Assembly (NCBI RefSeq): GCF_025526975.1
Contig: NW_026515692.1
Location: forward strand, 372,001-436,000
Source of the DNA: Fimicolochytrium jonesii
Taxonomy: Eukaryota
Direction: 5' to 3'
DNA: 64,000 bases
Positions within the stretch are counted from its first letter, which is position 1. Each line of letters begins with the position of its first letter. This document shows, piece after piece, positions 14,544 to 27,970 of this stretch. Under the pieces are notes generated by a model. That model did no database searches. It saw nothing but the letters and a program-made list of their open reading frames with translations, and was not told the origin of the DNA. The position numbers and the translations under genes are program-made.

Positions 14544-17500
14544 CTAAACCCCGAAAATAACCCTCAAATCACTCTCAACCCTCGCTCTCCTACTACTTGC
14601 ATCCTCCACCCTCCCACCCCCTTGCTTAAACCCCCGAAACGCATCCTCCACCAAACGATCCTTCTTCGCCTGAATCTCCAGGATACGCTCCTCGATTGTT
14701 CCCGCGACGATGAGCTGGACGACGGTGACGGGTTTGACTTGCCCGAGACGGTAGACGCGGTCGATGGCTTGGGTTTGCACGGAGCTGTTCCAGTGGGGGT
14801 CGAGGACGTAGACGCGGTTGGCTGATGTTAGGTTCTGGTGAGTTGGTTTAGAAACAGGTTAGAACGACGCCCATTGGTGAATGAGGATCGCGGGCATTCT
14901 ACTCACCAATCCCAAAGACCCCGACTTCAACGAAATAAGCATCACCCTCGGCGGGGCATCCACCTCCGCATCTCCGTTCACCCCCGCAGCTTTCTTTCCC
15001 TTCCCTTTTCCCTTCTTCCCCTTCCCCGTCCCCTCTTTCATCACCACCCCGGAGAAAGCACTCAAAACCTCCCCCCGCTCCTTCAACCCCATCTTCCCAT
15101 CAAACCGCACAAACGAGATCCCCTATCGTTCCAAAAACGGCTCCACCATATCGAGCATGGACGTAAACTGCGAGAAAACGAGGGCCTTGTCGTCGGCGGG
15201 TTGTGTTTTGAGGAAGGAGATTAGGTGCCGGATTTTGGTGGATTCGTAGGGGAGGGTGGATGTTGAGACGGGTGCGCGGGGGAGGGGTTGGGAGCCGGTG
15301 TCTTCTGTGATGGTGGGTTTGGGCCGGGAGAGGAGAGGTTTGTGTTGGAGGTCGTTGCGGCACATTGGGCATGTTGGTTTTGTCTGCCCGCGAAAACGTT
15401 GCAAGTAAGTACAACGCACGAGAGACTGGCACGTTCACAACATACCTTGATAACAGTCTGGATACACTCCCTACAGAACACGTGCGTGCAAGGGGTGATG
15501 ACGGGCCCCTTAAGCGACTCCAGACAGATCGGACATTCCACGCCATTCTCATCCGCATCGACAAGTTTCTGAAGAAGCTTCTGAATATTTTCATCGTTGA
15601 GATCCAGCTCGGGCACGCCTGCAGCTTCCTTGGATAGCCGCCCTGAACGCATGTCGTCGAGGAAGTGTTGAGGACAGAGGGACATGTTGTCGCAGAGTTG
15701 ACGGAGACGGGTTAGGAAGACGAGCATTTGGGCGGAGTTCTTACCCTACAGCGACGCGTATCAGTCAGAACATCAAGAACGCAGCTTCAGCGAGGGGGAA
15801 GGGGAAAAATTACCAAAGTGCCCTCCTTCGCAAACCGCGCCACAAGTCTCTTACTCTCCCCCGCAACCTCATCATACACCTCCTGCTCCTCCTTCTCGAA
15901 TTTACACTTGAACATAAAGACCTTCGCCGGTGGCAACATCACAATTGGCTCCCCCTCAATCTTCATACTCTTCGTCCTCCTCAAACAAATCTCCTGCATC
16001 AGCACGCGCAGCCGCTGAAACCCATCCTCCAAACCCCTGCTGAGGGGCCGTTTAAAGCAGCGATTCCACCATTGGTGGTCGTCGAAGGGCTCGACTTTAA
16101 GGAAGCGGACCATGCCGTAGAGGTCGTCGATTTCGTTGACGATGGGGGTGCCGGAGAGGATCCAGCGGCGTTCGGAGTGAAGGGCTGCGCAGGCTATGGA
16201 TACTTGGGTTTTGCGGTTGCGGATGAGGTGGCCCTATGGGTGTCGTTGGCGTCATATCAGTACATACATTCGCAGGTTTGCGTGCGATATCCAGTGAGAC
16301 CTGCAAGAACAAACCTCATCCAGAATGACCCGCCGCCACTTGATAGAATGCAAAACCCCAGTATACTCCGGCAAGTCATCCTGCCCCCTCGCGCGCTGTT
16401 TGCCCTTCGCTTTGGCCGATTGACTCAACTGCCCTCCATTCGGTTCCAACGCCAATGTCTGATATGTCGTGACGACCACGTCGTGCTTTCTCAAAGCAGC
16501 AGCTGTGACGTTCCTGTCGTTTCCGTGATAAACGTAGACGGAAAGCTCGCCGTCGCGCACGTGCGTGTGGATCTGCGTGCACCAGTTGTAGATGACGGAG
16601 AGTGGAGCCACTATGAGCGTTTGCTTTCCGAACTTTGACTTTACGTCGGGGACGGGGGGTGGGATGAGGGGCGCGCCAGTGGGGTCGCTGAGGATGAGGG
16701 CAATCGAGGTTAGAGTTTTGCCGAGACCCATATCGTCCGCCAGAATGCCACCGCGACATAGTTGCGGCGGAGCTCGCACGGGGCTGTCGGTGGCCACGTT
16801 GAGGTAAAAGAGTCCCTATAGAGAACGCAGATGATGAGTCCTTCACACTGATCCTTACCTGGCTAGCGATGTTGCAGTGCGAGGCTCACCTTCTCATCCC
16901 GCTGCACCATCCAGAACTGTTTCTGAGGCAGGTCCTCTTTGGTGTTTGCGTTATCAGCTTCAGTCGGTAACTGCGGGTGCTCGCTTTTGACCATCCAGGC
17001 AAGTCCCTGGAGTTGATACGGGTGCAACTTGGTGCGCAGAGCCGACGGCGCTTGCGGATGAAGAGGCATCTCCGAGAGTTCCTTGCCCTTACGACAGAGA
17101 TCGTCCAACATCCTCCGTGACTGGCTGGGATCCGTTTTGATGCCCTCGCGAACGAGTTGCTGCAGAGCGAGATCGACGGGCGGGCCTAGGGGAACCGGCT
17201 TCTTTGGACCACCACCCTTCTTGTCGGCGGTCAGGTAGGGCGCGAGGACATCCAGTACATGTGAGCGTACCGCAGCGGAGCCATAAACTTCCAAGTCCAA
17301 GGACAGTTTGTACACGCGATCCCCGCTGGGCACGGTACCCTCTACGCGAATGTCGCCCCTATCCATGAAACGCGCGAGAGCGGCGGCCTGGTCACGAGGG
17401 ATATGGCCAACCTGTACTCTGCCGATGTTGAGGACCCGAATAGCGTTCGCGTCGTAAGGGTTTCCAGGGTCCCGCTCGAGGATGACGCTTTCGTGGTTGC

Positions 17501-18190
17501 CCACCATGCCCCGATAATAGCGGATGCCTACGACGGCGCTCCTGTAGCTGGCAATCTCGACGTCGCTGTCAGCGGATTGTGATGCGCTGGGTTCGGGTTC
17601 CTCAGAGTCAACTGCCTCAACCTACAAAACAAAAACCGCAGACATTGAGAGTGAGAGGAATGTCTCCGCGACGAACGGTTCAATGGTTGGGTTGGGTAGT
17701 TGGTTGAGGCGGATAGTCGAAACGATACCCCTGCTCGCTCCGCTCGCAACAAGGAACTCTCAAGGCCAATCTCCTCGCTATCGCTCGGATCCTCACTCTC
17801 CGCTCTCGCACGCACCTCATCCACAACATCAGGCACTGGTGTTTGCTCAATATTCAGCAAGTGTCCCCCTAACCCTTCCTGGCTCGCCCGTTCGTGAATC
17901 TCTCTCTGAACCTCTCCATAGTCGTACAATTCCTGCAATCCGGGGATGCCCAAGTCGTTGTTTCCAGAGGCTTGATTGTTGTGTCTTGAAGACTCCCCGT
18001 CCGTTGTTGTAGCGTCGCTGAGGGAGGTGGAAGATGGGTCCAATCGTCTCTTCTTCCGAGGGTGTGGTGCTGGTGGTGGTGATGGGTCTGGAGATGCGGC
18101 GGCTGTGGAAGAAGAAGAAGAAGTAGGAGTGAGAGTCAGGAGTTGGGATGTTGCTTGCGGGGGAGGTGGTTGTTTAGCGGAGGGAGCCAT
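14544..18190 (-). CDS. RAD5/HLTF-like SNF2 helicase with HIRAN and RING domains (multi-exon)
   Basis: HIRAN (ERDPGNPYDANAIRV), GGILADDMGLGKT, WRRVILDE, RING (CPICL..PCTHVFC..C..CPMCR), KALVFSQFTSMLD and QAIDRVYRLGQ, spread over GT-AG-separated exons. 5' end approximate. Confidence 0.92.
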
Positions 18191-18914
18191 TGCTTGCTGC
18201 GTGGGTGGTGGTTGTTGGTGGGAGGATCTTGTTTCCCACGCCCCCCCACCAAGGGAAGTGAAGTTGAATCCATGCGGTCTCCCTTCTCCTCGTGTCCGAT
18301 GGGCTCCCCCTAAATTGATTGATCCAGGCGCAAGCCTCGAAGGAGAGAGAGGAACTCGCAACCCCTAACCCTAACCCCATTCATTACACTTGCAACTTGC
18401 ATCGAAAAGCCTCTCCATCCCCCAACCCCAGTTCCCCTACTCAGTCCCACTCAACTGGCCGATGCAGTGATGGTGGAATCAGATGGATGCCTCCGAGAGA
18501 GCGGAGGGAGGTGGTTGAGCACGGGAGACGTGATATATTTCCAAAGCCTCACGTCGTCAGGAATCTGGACCCCTACTGGCCCTATAACCCCTATCCTCCT
18601 CCACTTCATGCTTCCCTCCGCGATATTTGAAAGCCAGCAGTGTGCGCGAGAGGAGAGGGGGGATTGAAGCACAACCAGCCAAATCGGTAAAATCGAGGAG
18701 GCTCGCCTTCACAACGCGCAATGTGGCAAGAACGCGCGCGACCCAACTTACCCTTGGCACACGCAAATATCCATCCTGATGATTGGATCTGGAAGCCGCA
18801 CAGTTATGGAGCTTCGTTCCCATCTTCAACGGCATCATCTGGATCCGGAAATACCAATGCTACCCGCCCTCTGCCGCCGCGGGTTGCCGAAGCATCATGA
18901 AAAGAAAACGACCT

Positions 18915-19146
18915 GCCAAGTCAGTAGGAAGATACACAGTCGGCGGCTCCTGCGTTCATGGCCAGCGGCTCTCTGCCAGTCAATCCCACAGCAAAGGAGG
19001 TTGCTCGGTAGCTATGTTGGATGTGGACAGGCCAAGTCAGTAGGAAGAAACACAGTCGGCGGCTCCTGCGTTCATGGCCAGCGGCTCTCTGCCAGTCAAT
19101 CCCACAGTAAAGAAGGTTGCTCTGCAGCTATGTTGGATGTGGACAG
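18915..19146. repeat. Tandem duplication of a 116-bp unit (2 near-identical copies)
   Basis: GCCAAGTCAGTAGGAAGA...GTTGGATGTGGACAG starts at 18915 and again at 19031, with few substitutions. Confidence 0.95.
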
Positions 19147-19311
19147 CACTCGCTGCCAGTAGAGGCTACGCATCTCCCCCGAGAAATTGTCCCGGAGCAT
19201 AAAAAGGCGCATGAAGGAAGCACTTCCCTCCTCCATCTCAGTACCTTCTCTCGCTCGCAAAACAATACCCACCCCACTTCTCTCCCTACCTCAGCAAGTC
19301 CTACCAATCAC

Positions 19312-21341
19312 ATGCGGTTCAAGCACATCGCGGCGATCGCCGCCATCTTCCACGCTCGTCAAGCCCTTTCTCAGGAGGTCGAGCCAACCCCGTCGGCGGG
19401 CGCCCATCCTACTGTCGCCGGCCCACCGCACCTGATCCACAATCCATCCGTGGCCTGGGAGAACTGCATCATCAACCCGTCGAATGCGACCAATCCGAAC
19501 ATTTTCCCGCAGTTGGCTAGGCGCGCCCCGGAGCCTAACACAGATCTGCAGGGGCTTTGCGCTCTCTTGCAGCCTGATGCGTAAGTTCTTTCTCTTATTT
19601 GAACTATTGGCGCCCGCGAGACCGCATTGCTCACTCTTTTCGCCGCCTACACAGCGCAACAGGCATCGATGGCCTCCGCCAAGCGATCCAATTCCTGCCC
19701 GCCAGGTCCGGAAACAGCCGCGGCCAGTGGTGGCTCATCCAAGGCGGCCCCGGCGGGTCCTCCATCACCAGCCTACCTGGCCTCACCTTCACCAGTCCCC
19801 TCTTCGTCGAGCTGATGCAAGAATGGGACATCGTCATGTGGGACCACCCGGGAACCGGTTTCTCGGACATGTTGGCCTGCCCCGAAGGCATCCCAAGTAC
19901 ACCTGACAACGTCCAGCCGTGCCTTGACTACCTCGCAACCAACCAGAGCATCAAGATGGAGCAGTTTACGGTCGCCAACGCGGCCCGATCCCTTCAAGTT
20001 GCACTCAACGCTACTCGCGCAGCCAACCCCGCCAGCAAAGTCATCCTCCATGCCATCAGCTACGGAACCTTCTTGACCCAGAAACATATGTTGCTGTTCC
20101 CCAACACCGTCGACGGCTACGTCCTGGAAGGGATCTCCTATTTCCGCAACGGCTTCGAAACCACCGATCGCGATCGCAACACCGGGTCGTTTGAGCTCGC
20201 CAAGGCGTGTGCCGCCGACGCTGTGTGCTCAAAGTACTTTCCATCACCAGACGCCTTTGCCGAAGCGATGCTATGGCGCAACGATTCCCGCTGTTTCCAG
20301 GCCGCAAGCACCGGAGAAGACCAGGACAAAGACGCCGCGGTCAAGGATCTCGTCACCAAAGCGCTAACCGAGGGCCGATCGTTCGACGCCGAAGGCAAAC
20401 CCACCGACTCCCGCGTCGACTTCCTCACCAACCTCTACCGCATGATCCGCTGCACCGACGCCGATTTCGAAACCCTTCACGTACAAAACGCCACGGCCCC
20501 TCCCGACCACGCAGAATCCCCCCTCATCCGCCGCGCACCCAACCCGCTCTCCCTCCCCCAACGCGCCGCCAATGCCGACATCCTTCAATCCGAAATCCTC
20601 TTCAACGAGATGTGGAAATTCCCCGCCCCCGGCGAACCCCTCTACTCCCAACTCAACGAGACATACCCGTACGCGACAAACATGTACAACTGGCAGCAGA
20701 AACATGCCCTCGAAAGCGCGAAATGGCCTCTCCCCGCCGAGAACCCTACCTACCGCCAGGGCCCCGACATGGCCGTGTTCAGGGTGCCGGTGTACCTCCA
20801 ACAAGGCCGGCTGGACTGCCAGACCGTGTACACAGACACGGAGGAACTGTACCAGCACATGGGCGCCGAGAAGAACGAGCGGTTGTGGTTCACCCGCTCC
20901 CCTGCGGCGGGGCACGGGGTGTCGATGCTCGGCGCGCCGTGCGCGAGTGCATCCGTGCGCGCGTTCGCCGGTGCGATCGTCACGGGCAACATCGCGGCGA
21001 TTGGAGCGGGACGAGACGCGGCGGGCAGGGCGTGTGGGAACGATACGGTGGATTTCTCGGCGATGCAGACTGCGCTTGGGAATGAGAATCTCGTCAAGTT
21101 TAATTATACCGCCGGAGCGGTTGTCGATACGAAGACCGGGAGGTTTGTGAAGGCGGTGCTGGGTGGTGGGAATGGGACGGCTGGGGGAGCACCGAACGCT
21201 GGGCCGTCGGGTGGGGAGAAGAATAACACTGGTACGGCGGATAAGGCCAAATCGGGTGCGGGGACGGTTGCGCCCAGGTGGGTGGGGGTTGTTGGACCGG
21301 CCGTCGTGGCTTTGTTGTTTGTTGGCGTGATGTCGATGTAA
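19312..21341 (+). CDS. Secreted/GPI-anchored alpha/beta hydrolase (peptidase S33/TAP-like); exons 19312-19580 and 19655-21341
   Basis: Signal peptide MRFKHIAAIAAIF; QGGPGGS; WDHPGTGFS; nucleophile HAISYGT; QGRLD and AGHG; hydrophobic C-terminal tail; intron GTAAGT..ACACAG. Confidence 0.85.
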
Positions 21342-21755
21342 GACCTGGCAGTTAGTGTAGGTGATAGTCGACCATCATAGTACCTCTTGGCGTAATTTCC
21401 GGATTTTATACATAGCTCAGAGTGTGGCATTTCGATATAGCTTTAGCAAAATAACAATTGATATTGGAACCCCACACACATGTCTTATCCGCACCCCACT
21501 CGCTGCTGTTACCTGTCTCCGGTTTCCAGACAAACGTTAGTCCAACCCTAAGGCAGAAGCTTTATCAGAGCCATGGCTTCGCATGCCCGTTTCCATCATT
21601 ATTGAAACAGCCAAGACGGAAGCTCAAATAACTATCTCATGTATATAACATCGCGAGAATAACAAGATCGTGCCTGAGAATGATCATCTCATGGCAGAAG
21701 GTACGCCTTTATTTCCTAATGTATATGAAGTTCATGGAGATTTACAAATAGCTAG

Positions 21756-23352
21756 TTAGCTACAAGCTATGATCAACAATTGTAATACACATGATACCTC
21801 TTCCAAGAGGATTGGCCTTTTCAGAAACTCCATAGGGGTCCGAGGAGGCGGGACTACACACTCGTCCAAACTCATTACATGCTCCGCGTCAAGCGCAACC
21901 TCGTCGGCCTCCAAGAGTCTCTTGACAACCTTTTTGATTTCTTCCCGTATATGCTTATCACACCATGGATTGGTGATCCATTTGAATGCGGCGCACAGGG
22001 CGCTCGGCCCCTCCAAGGAGAGGTTCGCCGAATACTTGTCCAACAGCTCTTCGAATATAATGAAGTTTCAGGTCGAGATCGCTTCCGCCAAAGGGCTTGG
22101 GCTCGGCGTAAAAAGTTTTGGAGAATTTCCTTCATACAAACCGCTCATTGAGAACGGCGTTCGGCCTGAACTGACAAGAACCCTGAAAATGTCGAGCCCG
22201 GCATTGATGGCACAAGTGAGAGCGTCCGCGGTCACATCAGCTCCGTGATTCCGCAGAAGGGTGATACTTTACGCATCGGAGTTTTCGCATGCGAGAAAAA
22301 GAGGAAAGCCATAAACGGTCCATATTCCAATGCTGGTAGGTATGGTGAGAGAATAAGTCGGGGCAATTCCCAGTTACTTTGGAGAATCCAGATGGGCCTC
22401 AGGCTTTCCACACACTCACGGTAATCCCCTGGTGGGGCGTCCAGCTGTGTTTGGATTCGCGCCAGACTCCACCAAAAATTCAACGATGCCCGTCCGCTTC
22501 CATTGCGCGGCAACGCAGAGCGCCCATGCATCCGCCTGGTTCACTTGTGCACCTGCGTCAATCAGAATTTGACATATGCCGTCATGACCTTCTTCAGCAG
22601 CGGCTGCCAGGGCATTTGCAGGATTGCCCTTCTCGCGAATCTCGAAGCACTTCGTGTCCTTCCTGCAGCAGTTAACGTTTGCTCCCTTTTCTATGAGATA
22701 TTCAACGACGAAGCGGTGTCCTTGAAGGCAGGACGTTATCAAAGCGTCCTCCCCGTCATCTTCCCAGACCTCGGCTCGATCTGGAGCGTAGCTTGGTCCC
22801 GGACGAAATCCGACCTCGGTGCAGATTAGCTCCTCTGCGAACAAGTTCTCGCAGCACTTCCAAATGGCCAGATTCCGCCGCAATCTGTAACGGAGTCATG
22901 CGATCCCAGCGAAGATACTTCATGCTATCGTCTTGGCGATGGGCGTACCAAGCACAATCTACATCCACGTAGCCAGAAGTGAGACATTCCACCGAACAGA
23001 TCAGCTGGACGGATTCAACTGAATTGCCGAATGCTGGCCTGGCCAGAGCCTCAGGCATATGGTCCCGTAAGTTCAGCTCAAAAAAGAGATAGCGAAGCGT
23101 GTCAATCCGCTCATTTTTGGCTGCAAGAAAGACGACCGCCGCTCATGGTGTCGTCAATGGGACGCCCTTCTTGACAAGAACCCGCAAAATTCGGTTTTGA
23201 CCTGCGCTTGCTGCACCGGCGAGAAGCTTTACGACACTCCCGAACGGGATTCCCCGCGGCAAAGAGTCCTCCCGAAGGCTATGGTCTGCTACAGCGGATT
23301 CAAAGAAGTCCATAAAGGAATCCGCGAGCTCTCCGTGATTGGTTCGAGACAA
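21756..23352 (-). pseudogene. Ankyrin-repeat protein, frameshifted and with a premature stop
   Basis: Ankyrin motifs TPLQIAAESGHLEVLRELV, ALITSCLQGHRFVVEYLIEKGAN and ALAAAAEEGHDGICQILIDAGA lie in different frames. Frameshift near 22820; in-frame TGA at 22068-22070. Confidence 0.8.
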
Positions 23353-23536
23353 ACGGCAACCAGAGTGATGTACCAGTACCTCACCCCGCGTCGATGTGAT
23401 ACGCTTCAGACTCGATGGTTGGCAAAAGGCACCGGTGAGTCTCCTACAAAGGAAACAAAAGGCTCATAAATGCTGCAACTTCTATATCATGCCTTTTTGC
23501 AGCTCCTCCATTGTGCTTTGTACGATATCGCAAGCT

Positions 23537-24601
23537 TTACCCTTTCCCTTTGCAAACACTGATTTCTGCGTCGGAATCGCGGTGAGACCCGGTATAGAGG
23601 TAGAAATGAGGTTCACTTCCCTTCACATGACTTACTAAGTCAATCCGTCCATCGATAGTTTGCACCTCCCAAATGCCATTCTCAGTATTTAAGCTGATGG
23701 GAGGCTGCGCTGTCAACGAATTCACGGCAATCTCCCCAAATCGGTTGGAAACACTGTCCAAATAACCGGTGGTGTATGGATTCCCCAAAGTTCCTATGCT
23801 GCTAAAAGTCGAATGCGGGAAAGGTTGCAACGTGCCATATGAGTAGCCGTCGATGAGGAGGACATCCTGGAGTTCGATAAGTCCACTTTTAAGAAGCGAG
23901 GAAATATGTTTCCCAATCGGTTCATTTGTTATAAGAGGATTAAAAAGCTTATCACTTTTGGAACCCAGAAAGGTTTCATCTCGACCTGCCCACATCTCCT
24001 CTGGTTCGCCTAGTCAACGCTCGCTCGGCTATGGGAACGTTTTGATCTGGCGCAACGCCCTTCGGTATCCAGCAGGTTCCGCTCTTCTCACCACTCTGTT
24101 TTCCCTCGTTCTCCTCGACAATGCTCCTCTCCCTCTGGGGACGAGTCCAGTTTCTGCCGGCAACTCTTCGATTATTGGACCGTTCCTGACTTCGATTGCC
24201 AATCGCGACTGCGGTCTCGCTTCAACCAATCGGTTGTTTCCTGCGGCAGGCGGTGCCGTCAGGTGAACGCTCCTGGCATCCAGGTTGAGATTTAACAACT
24301 TGTTTTCGGTCGCCTCGTTGAGAACGTTGATGACCTGTTGTTGATTCAAAATGTTGTGTATCTGCTGTTGCTGGAGCGTGTTGTTGACTACGCTTTGCGG
24401 GTTCTGCACGTTGTTGACCACTTGGCTGTAGTTCGTCAAGTGATGGTTGACGTTCTTAACCGTGTGGTGGTGTTGCTGTTGGAGATAATGGTTGTCGTGA
24501 ACGGTTTGGTTGTAGTGATGGTGTACTATTTTATTCAACGATGGTGACAGAGAATTTGCAACCATGCTGTCAACGGAAGTTGACGTGTCCATCTCCCTCA
24601 A
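23537..24601 (-). CDS. Two hypothetical ORFs (Asn/His/Gln-rich 24029-24601; 23537-23995)
   Basis: Open frames of 190 and 152 aa with protein-like composition; no family recognised. Confidence 0.35.
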
Positions 24602-24645
24602 CTGGAATTATGAACTCTTTTAAGCTCACCTTCATCCAAAATAGA

Positions 24646-25785
24646 TCAGATCGATATCTGACCCATCTCCGAAATGACGGATTCCACGACAGTCGGATCT
24701 ACATCCGGATCCTCCACCTCCTCGTCGCCCTCACCATTGTCCTCGTCCACCTCCTCCTGTTCGCTGTCGTCTAGTGCCGACAAGTCCACGCGGGAGTTGC
24801 GCGGAGTCGATCGGTATGCGCGGTGAATGAGAGCGATGAGATGATTGTACACGCGCGTGCATCCCTCCACGTCCATGATCTTGCCCTTCAGCTTCCCTAC
24901 CACGATTGCTGACCTCTTTACAAGGATGCGATCGCCCCTCGGCCGGAGATATCCAAACGCCCATCGCTCCCCATCGGTATAAGCAAAGTACGTGCGGTAT
25001 GCTCCACGTCCGCGGGCCTTGGTCCGACGGTGGCATAAGATCGTGCTCGCTTGAGCAAGCACTTGGTAGTATCCATTCTCAAAGGTCTTGCTTTTCTTCG
25101 CCTCGACGACACATAGTGCAGCGTCTGATGCAATGTCCTGTGTGGGGCGCCGGTCACCTGGGAAGTGCCCCACCACGAAGTCGAGCGGGCCATTGTACCG
25201 GACGACGTCTTTTCCCAATCCCTCATCCGTGCGATCAACGCTTTTCACCAGTGTAACTCCAATCTCCTCCCCTACAAGGAGATGTTCTTTGTCGTGGTCC
25301 ACTACGTCCAGCGCGCACGTCAGATAGATCGAGATTACTGTTCTACGAGAGCTTTCAGATACTAAAAGGCTGCGCTGGCGGTGTCGGCCCAGCATTGACG
25401 TCAGATCGCTGGGCATAGGCATGGACCCGATGGCGGGGGTCCACGTCGCGTCATCTTCCTCGAGGCCAAAGTCTCTCATAATGGTGTCCGGAAGGGCCTC
25501 CGAGAAAGCTTCTGCTCGGGAATATGCCGGTTCTTCTTCCGCTTTGACGTCGATCGAGGCTCCGTCCGTGAAAGTCTGGAGGGAGAGCGACAAATTGTAG
25601 TGCGGAAGACTCGCACTCGGGGGCATGAAGCCAATAAGCCTCAGGGAGTCTTCCGTCCAAAGACTGGCGCTGACGATACCCATTTGTTCGAAATAGAAGA
25701 GGGGGAGTCTGCCATCGACAAGGTCGATGGTCACGGTGCGGAAAGGCCTCGTTCGCACTCGTTGCTGCGGTCGAAAGAGGCGCAA
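24646..25785 (-). CDS. PD-(D/E)xK restriction-endonuclease-fold protein (Crinkler/CR-REase-like)
   Basis: YNGPLDFVVG ... LCVVEAKK ... YQVLAQ ... YTDGERWAFG matches the D..ExK..Q..TDGxxWxF pattern of fungal CRN-type REase domains. Confidence 0.7.
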   Translation of the reverse strand: MRLFRPQQRVRTRPFRTVTIDLVDGRLPLFYFEQMGIVSASLWTEDSLRLIGFMPPSASLPHYNLSLSLQTFTDGASIDVKAEEEPAYSRAEAFSEALPDTIMRDFGLEEDDATWTPAIGSMPMPSDLTSMLGRHRQRSLLVSESSRRTVISIYLTCALDVVDHDKEHLLVGEEIGVTLVKSVDRTDEGLGKDVVRYNGPLDFVVGHFPGDRRPTQDIASDAALCVVEAKKSKTFENGYYQVLAQASTILCHRRTKARGRGAYRTYFAYTDGERWAFGYLRPRGDRILVKRSAIVVGKLKGKIMDVEGCTRVYNHLIALIHRAYRSTPRNSRVDLSALDDSEQEEVDEDNGEGDEEVEDPDVDPTVVESVISEMGQISI

Positions 25786-27152
25786 AGTGGCAGACTGAAT
25801 TGTGCGGAAAAGAGCCTGTTAAGCAAACGAGGAGCTGAGGGAAACTCTCAAAGAGCCTCCTCTTACCATGGCGCAGGAGCAGGCAGTGGGTGCGGTGAGC
25901 CGTCGACACGGGGGTGGTGAAAGAGGAGGGCACTGAAGCCAAGATGCAGCCAACCTATGGTGAGAGGTAATGATTCCATCGAGTAAGAAAGAGGGGTTCA
26001 GGGTCCGACAGAGGGAAAAGTCTTCCCTGACACCGGTGCATCACGTGACTGGACGGGAATTTCCGGGGACGGAAACAAACTGAAAAGGCAGATACCGGAC
26101 AGCGTCTAGAACGATTGCGCTGACCCATTCTGATTTGTATCTACATAATACCATAAACTCTACATATATACAGTATGCGTGATTTTTTTTGTACGCCGGT
26201 CGTAGTGTTGTGTGAAAGTGGTCGATTATTCCCTGAGATAGGTCCTAAATCGGGTCGTTCGCGGGCGGAGATTGTTGTGCGAAGACGCGAACTATCCTGT
26301 CGGTTGCTGTCATTGCGTAAGCAGACGCGTAAGCAGTCTGGTCACGGTCAGAGAGACAAAGACCCCGACGCCAGAGTCCGGAGTATATGGAGGGAAATCA
26401 AAACTTGCGGACGACGTGTCTCGTCACGTGAGGAGCATGTGCATGAGGCACATCCCTGCGACGTGAGCGGTCATGTGCCACACGAGTTTAGTCTCATCGG
26501 TATTCAATGACATGACGCCATCAATGTGATTTGACATCATCTTTGTTGTTGCCGTCGTGTGGCGTTTTCAACCTCATTTCCACATCACCTCGCCGCAACG
26601 ACGCAGTGACGTGAAAATCGACAGTTGAAGTCACGTGCGAGGTCGCTGTCAGTCCCACCTTCACCTTGCCCCCTTTTCGTCCCAATGATGCAATAAGCGT
26701 GTTTTTTCCACTCCCAAACATACATACGCACACCACATGTTATGATCTCGACGACTGAGGCGGAAGCGGAGTAGAGAAGACAAGGCGAGAGTGATAGGCA
26801 ACAAGAGATTGTATTGGCGAAACAAGAAACAAGGACTAGAACAAGAGACGAGAAGAACTGGTGTTGATCTGCTGGGGAGGAAGGGAATGGCCGAAGAGGG
26901 GGCGGCTATTTATAGATGAACAACCCAGCAGAGCAAAGAACAACAACAAGATGGGGATGGGTAAGCGCCAGCTATGCTACCTAGCCTAGAGCGGGCGTGG
27001 CGAGCGTAGAGAGCATTGCTACAGCTGCTGGCTGTGGAGAAGTATTGGGGGTTGACAAATGGCCAGAGATTGGCTCACAGATGAGCGGGGTAGAGGAGGA
27101 GCGGCGATATTGCGGGGGGATTGGCAAACGAGAGGAGAGCGGAGGAGTGGTG

Positions 27153-27247
27153 TTTGACATTGACATTGACACTGACATTGACACTGACATTGACATTGAC
27201 ATTGGCGTTTGACATTGGCGGTTGACATTGGCGGTTGACATTGGCGG
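27153..27247. repeat. Microsatellite (GACATT/GACACT)n grading into (TTGACATTGGCGG)3
   Basis: Directly visible. Confidence 0.9.
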
Positions 27248-27377
27248 CTGCCAGTAGGTAAGCTTATGGTATGGGCGCGTCGTCCATACCAGACCATGGC
27301 CAACAAACAACTGTCCACAGCCGCTCCCCATCGGTCCCAATGCCATCGCTTTCACCCGTACGTGGTCGACACACTAT

Positions 27378-27695
27378 TCAGGCATTAGTGCTGACAGGGG
27401 TCGCACTAATGGTCCTGTCGAAGCGACACCGAGTACTCAGCATCGTACTTGAACGCCACGATTTGGTACGATGCTGGCCCCCATGATCACTCCGGGGGCC
27501 AGCATTGCTGTACGGAGTGCGGTTTGCGAACCGCATGCGCTCCCGGATGTGGGTGTCCAACTCCTTCTTTCGCTCGTTCATCAGCTTGATTTGGTTTCTT
27601 GCGGTCTTCACCTGGTTGGTGAGGTCGATGTACTCCAGCACAATGGGACGGACGTCGTCCAGGACGGGGATCTCGGTCTGTTGCTCGGAAGACAT
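27378..27695 (-). pseudogene. N-terminal fragment resembling an NCLDV coiled-coil family (DUF5760-like)
   Basis: VLEYIDLTNQVKTARNQIKLMNERKKELDTHIRERM resembles my recollection of the giant-virus family; similarity is lost after about 60 aa. Confidence 0.45.
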
Positions 27696-27970
27696 GTGGA
27701 TGGTACTCCATTGTAACAAAAAAAAGGCCCCTGGACCGCGGACGCACTTGACTTGGACCCGTGGCGTTCAAGAATTGGCGCACCGTAGGTGGCCCTATCA
27801 CGTGATATCAGGTGACCGCGTCACCACAAAAGAATGCCAGGCGTCACTGCGTCATTCCCCCTCTCTGAGACGATCGATCGCGGCCTGTCTCTTACTCTTC
27901 CGCTATCTTACCACAGAGAGTTTGGCATTGCGTATTCTACCAGTGAGCTGTTGGGTAGATTTAGGCCGCC

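Noticed and set aside
18362..18378. CCCTAACCCTAACCC as a junction
   Set aside because: It is short and lies upstream of an intact host gene, so it is more likely a telobox-type promoter motif.
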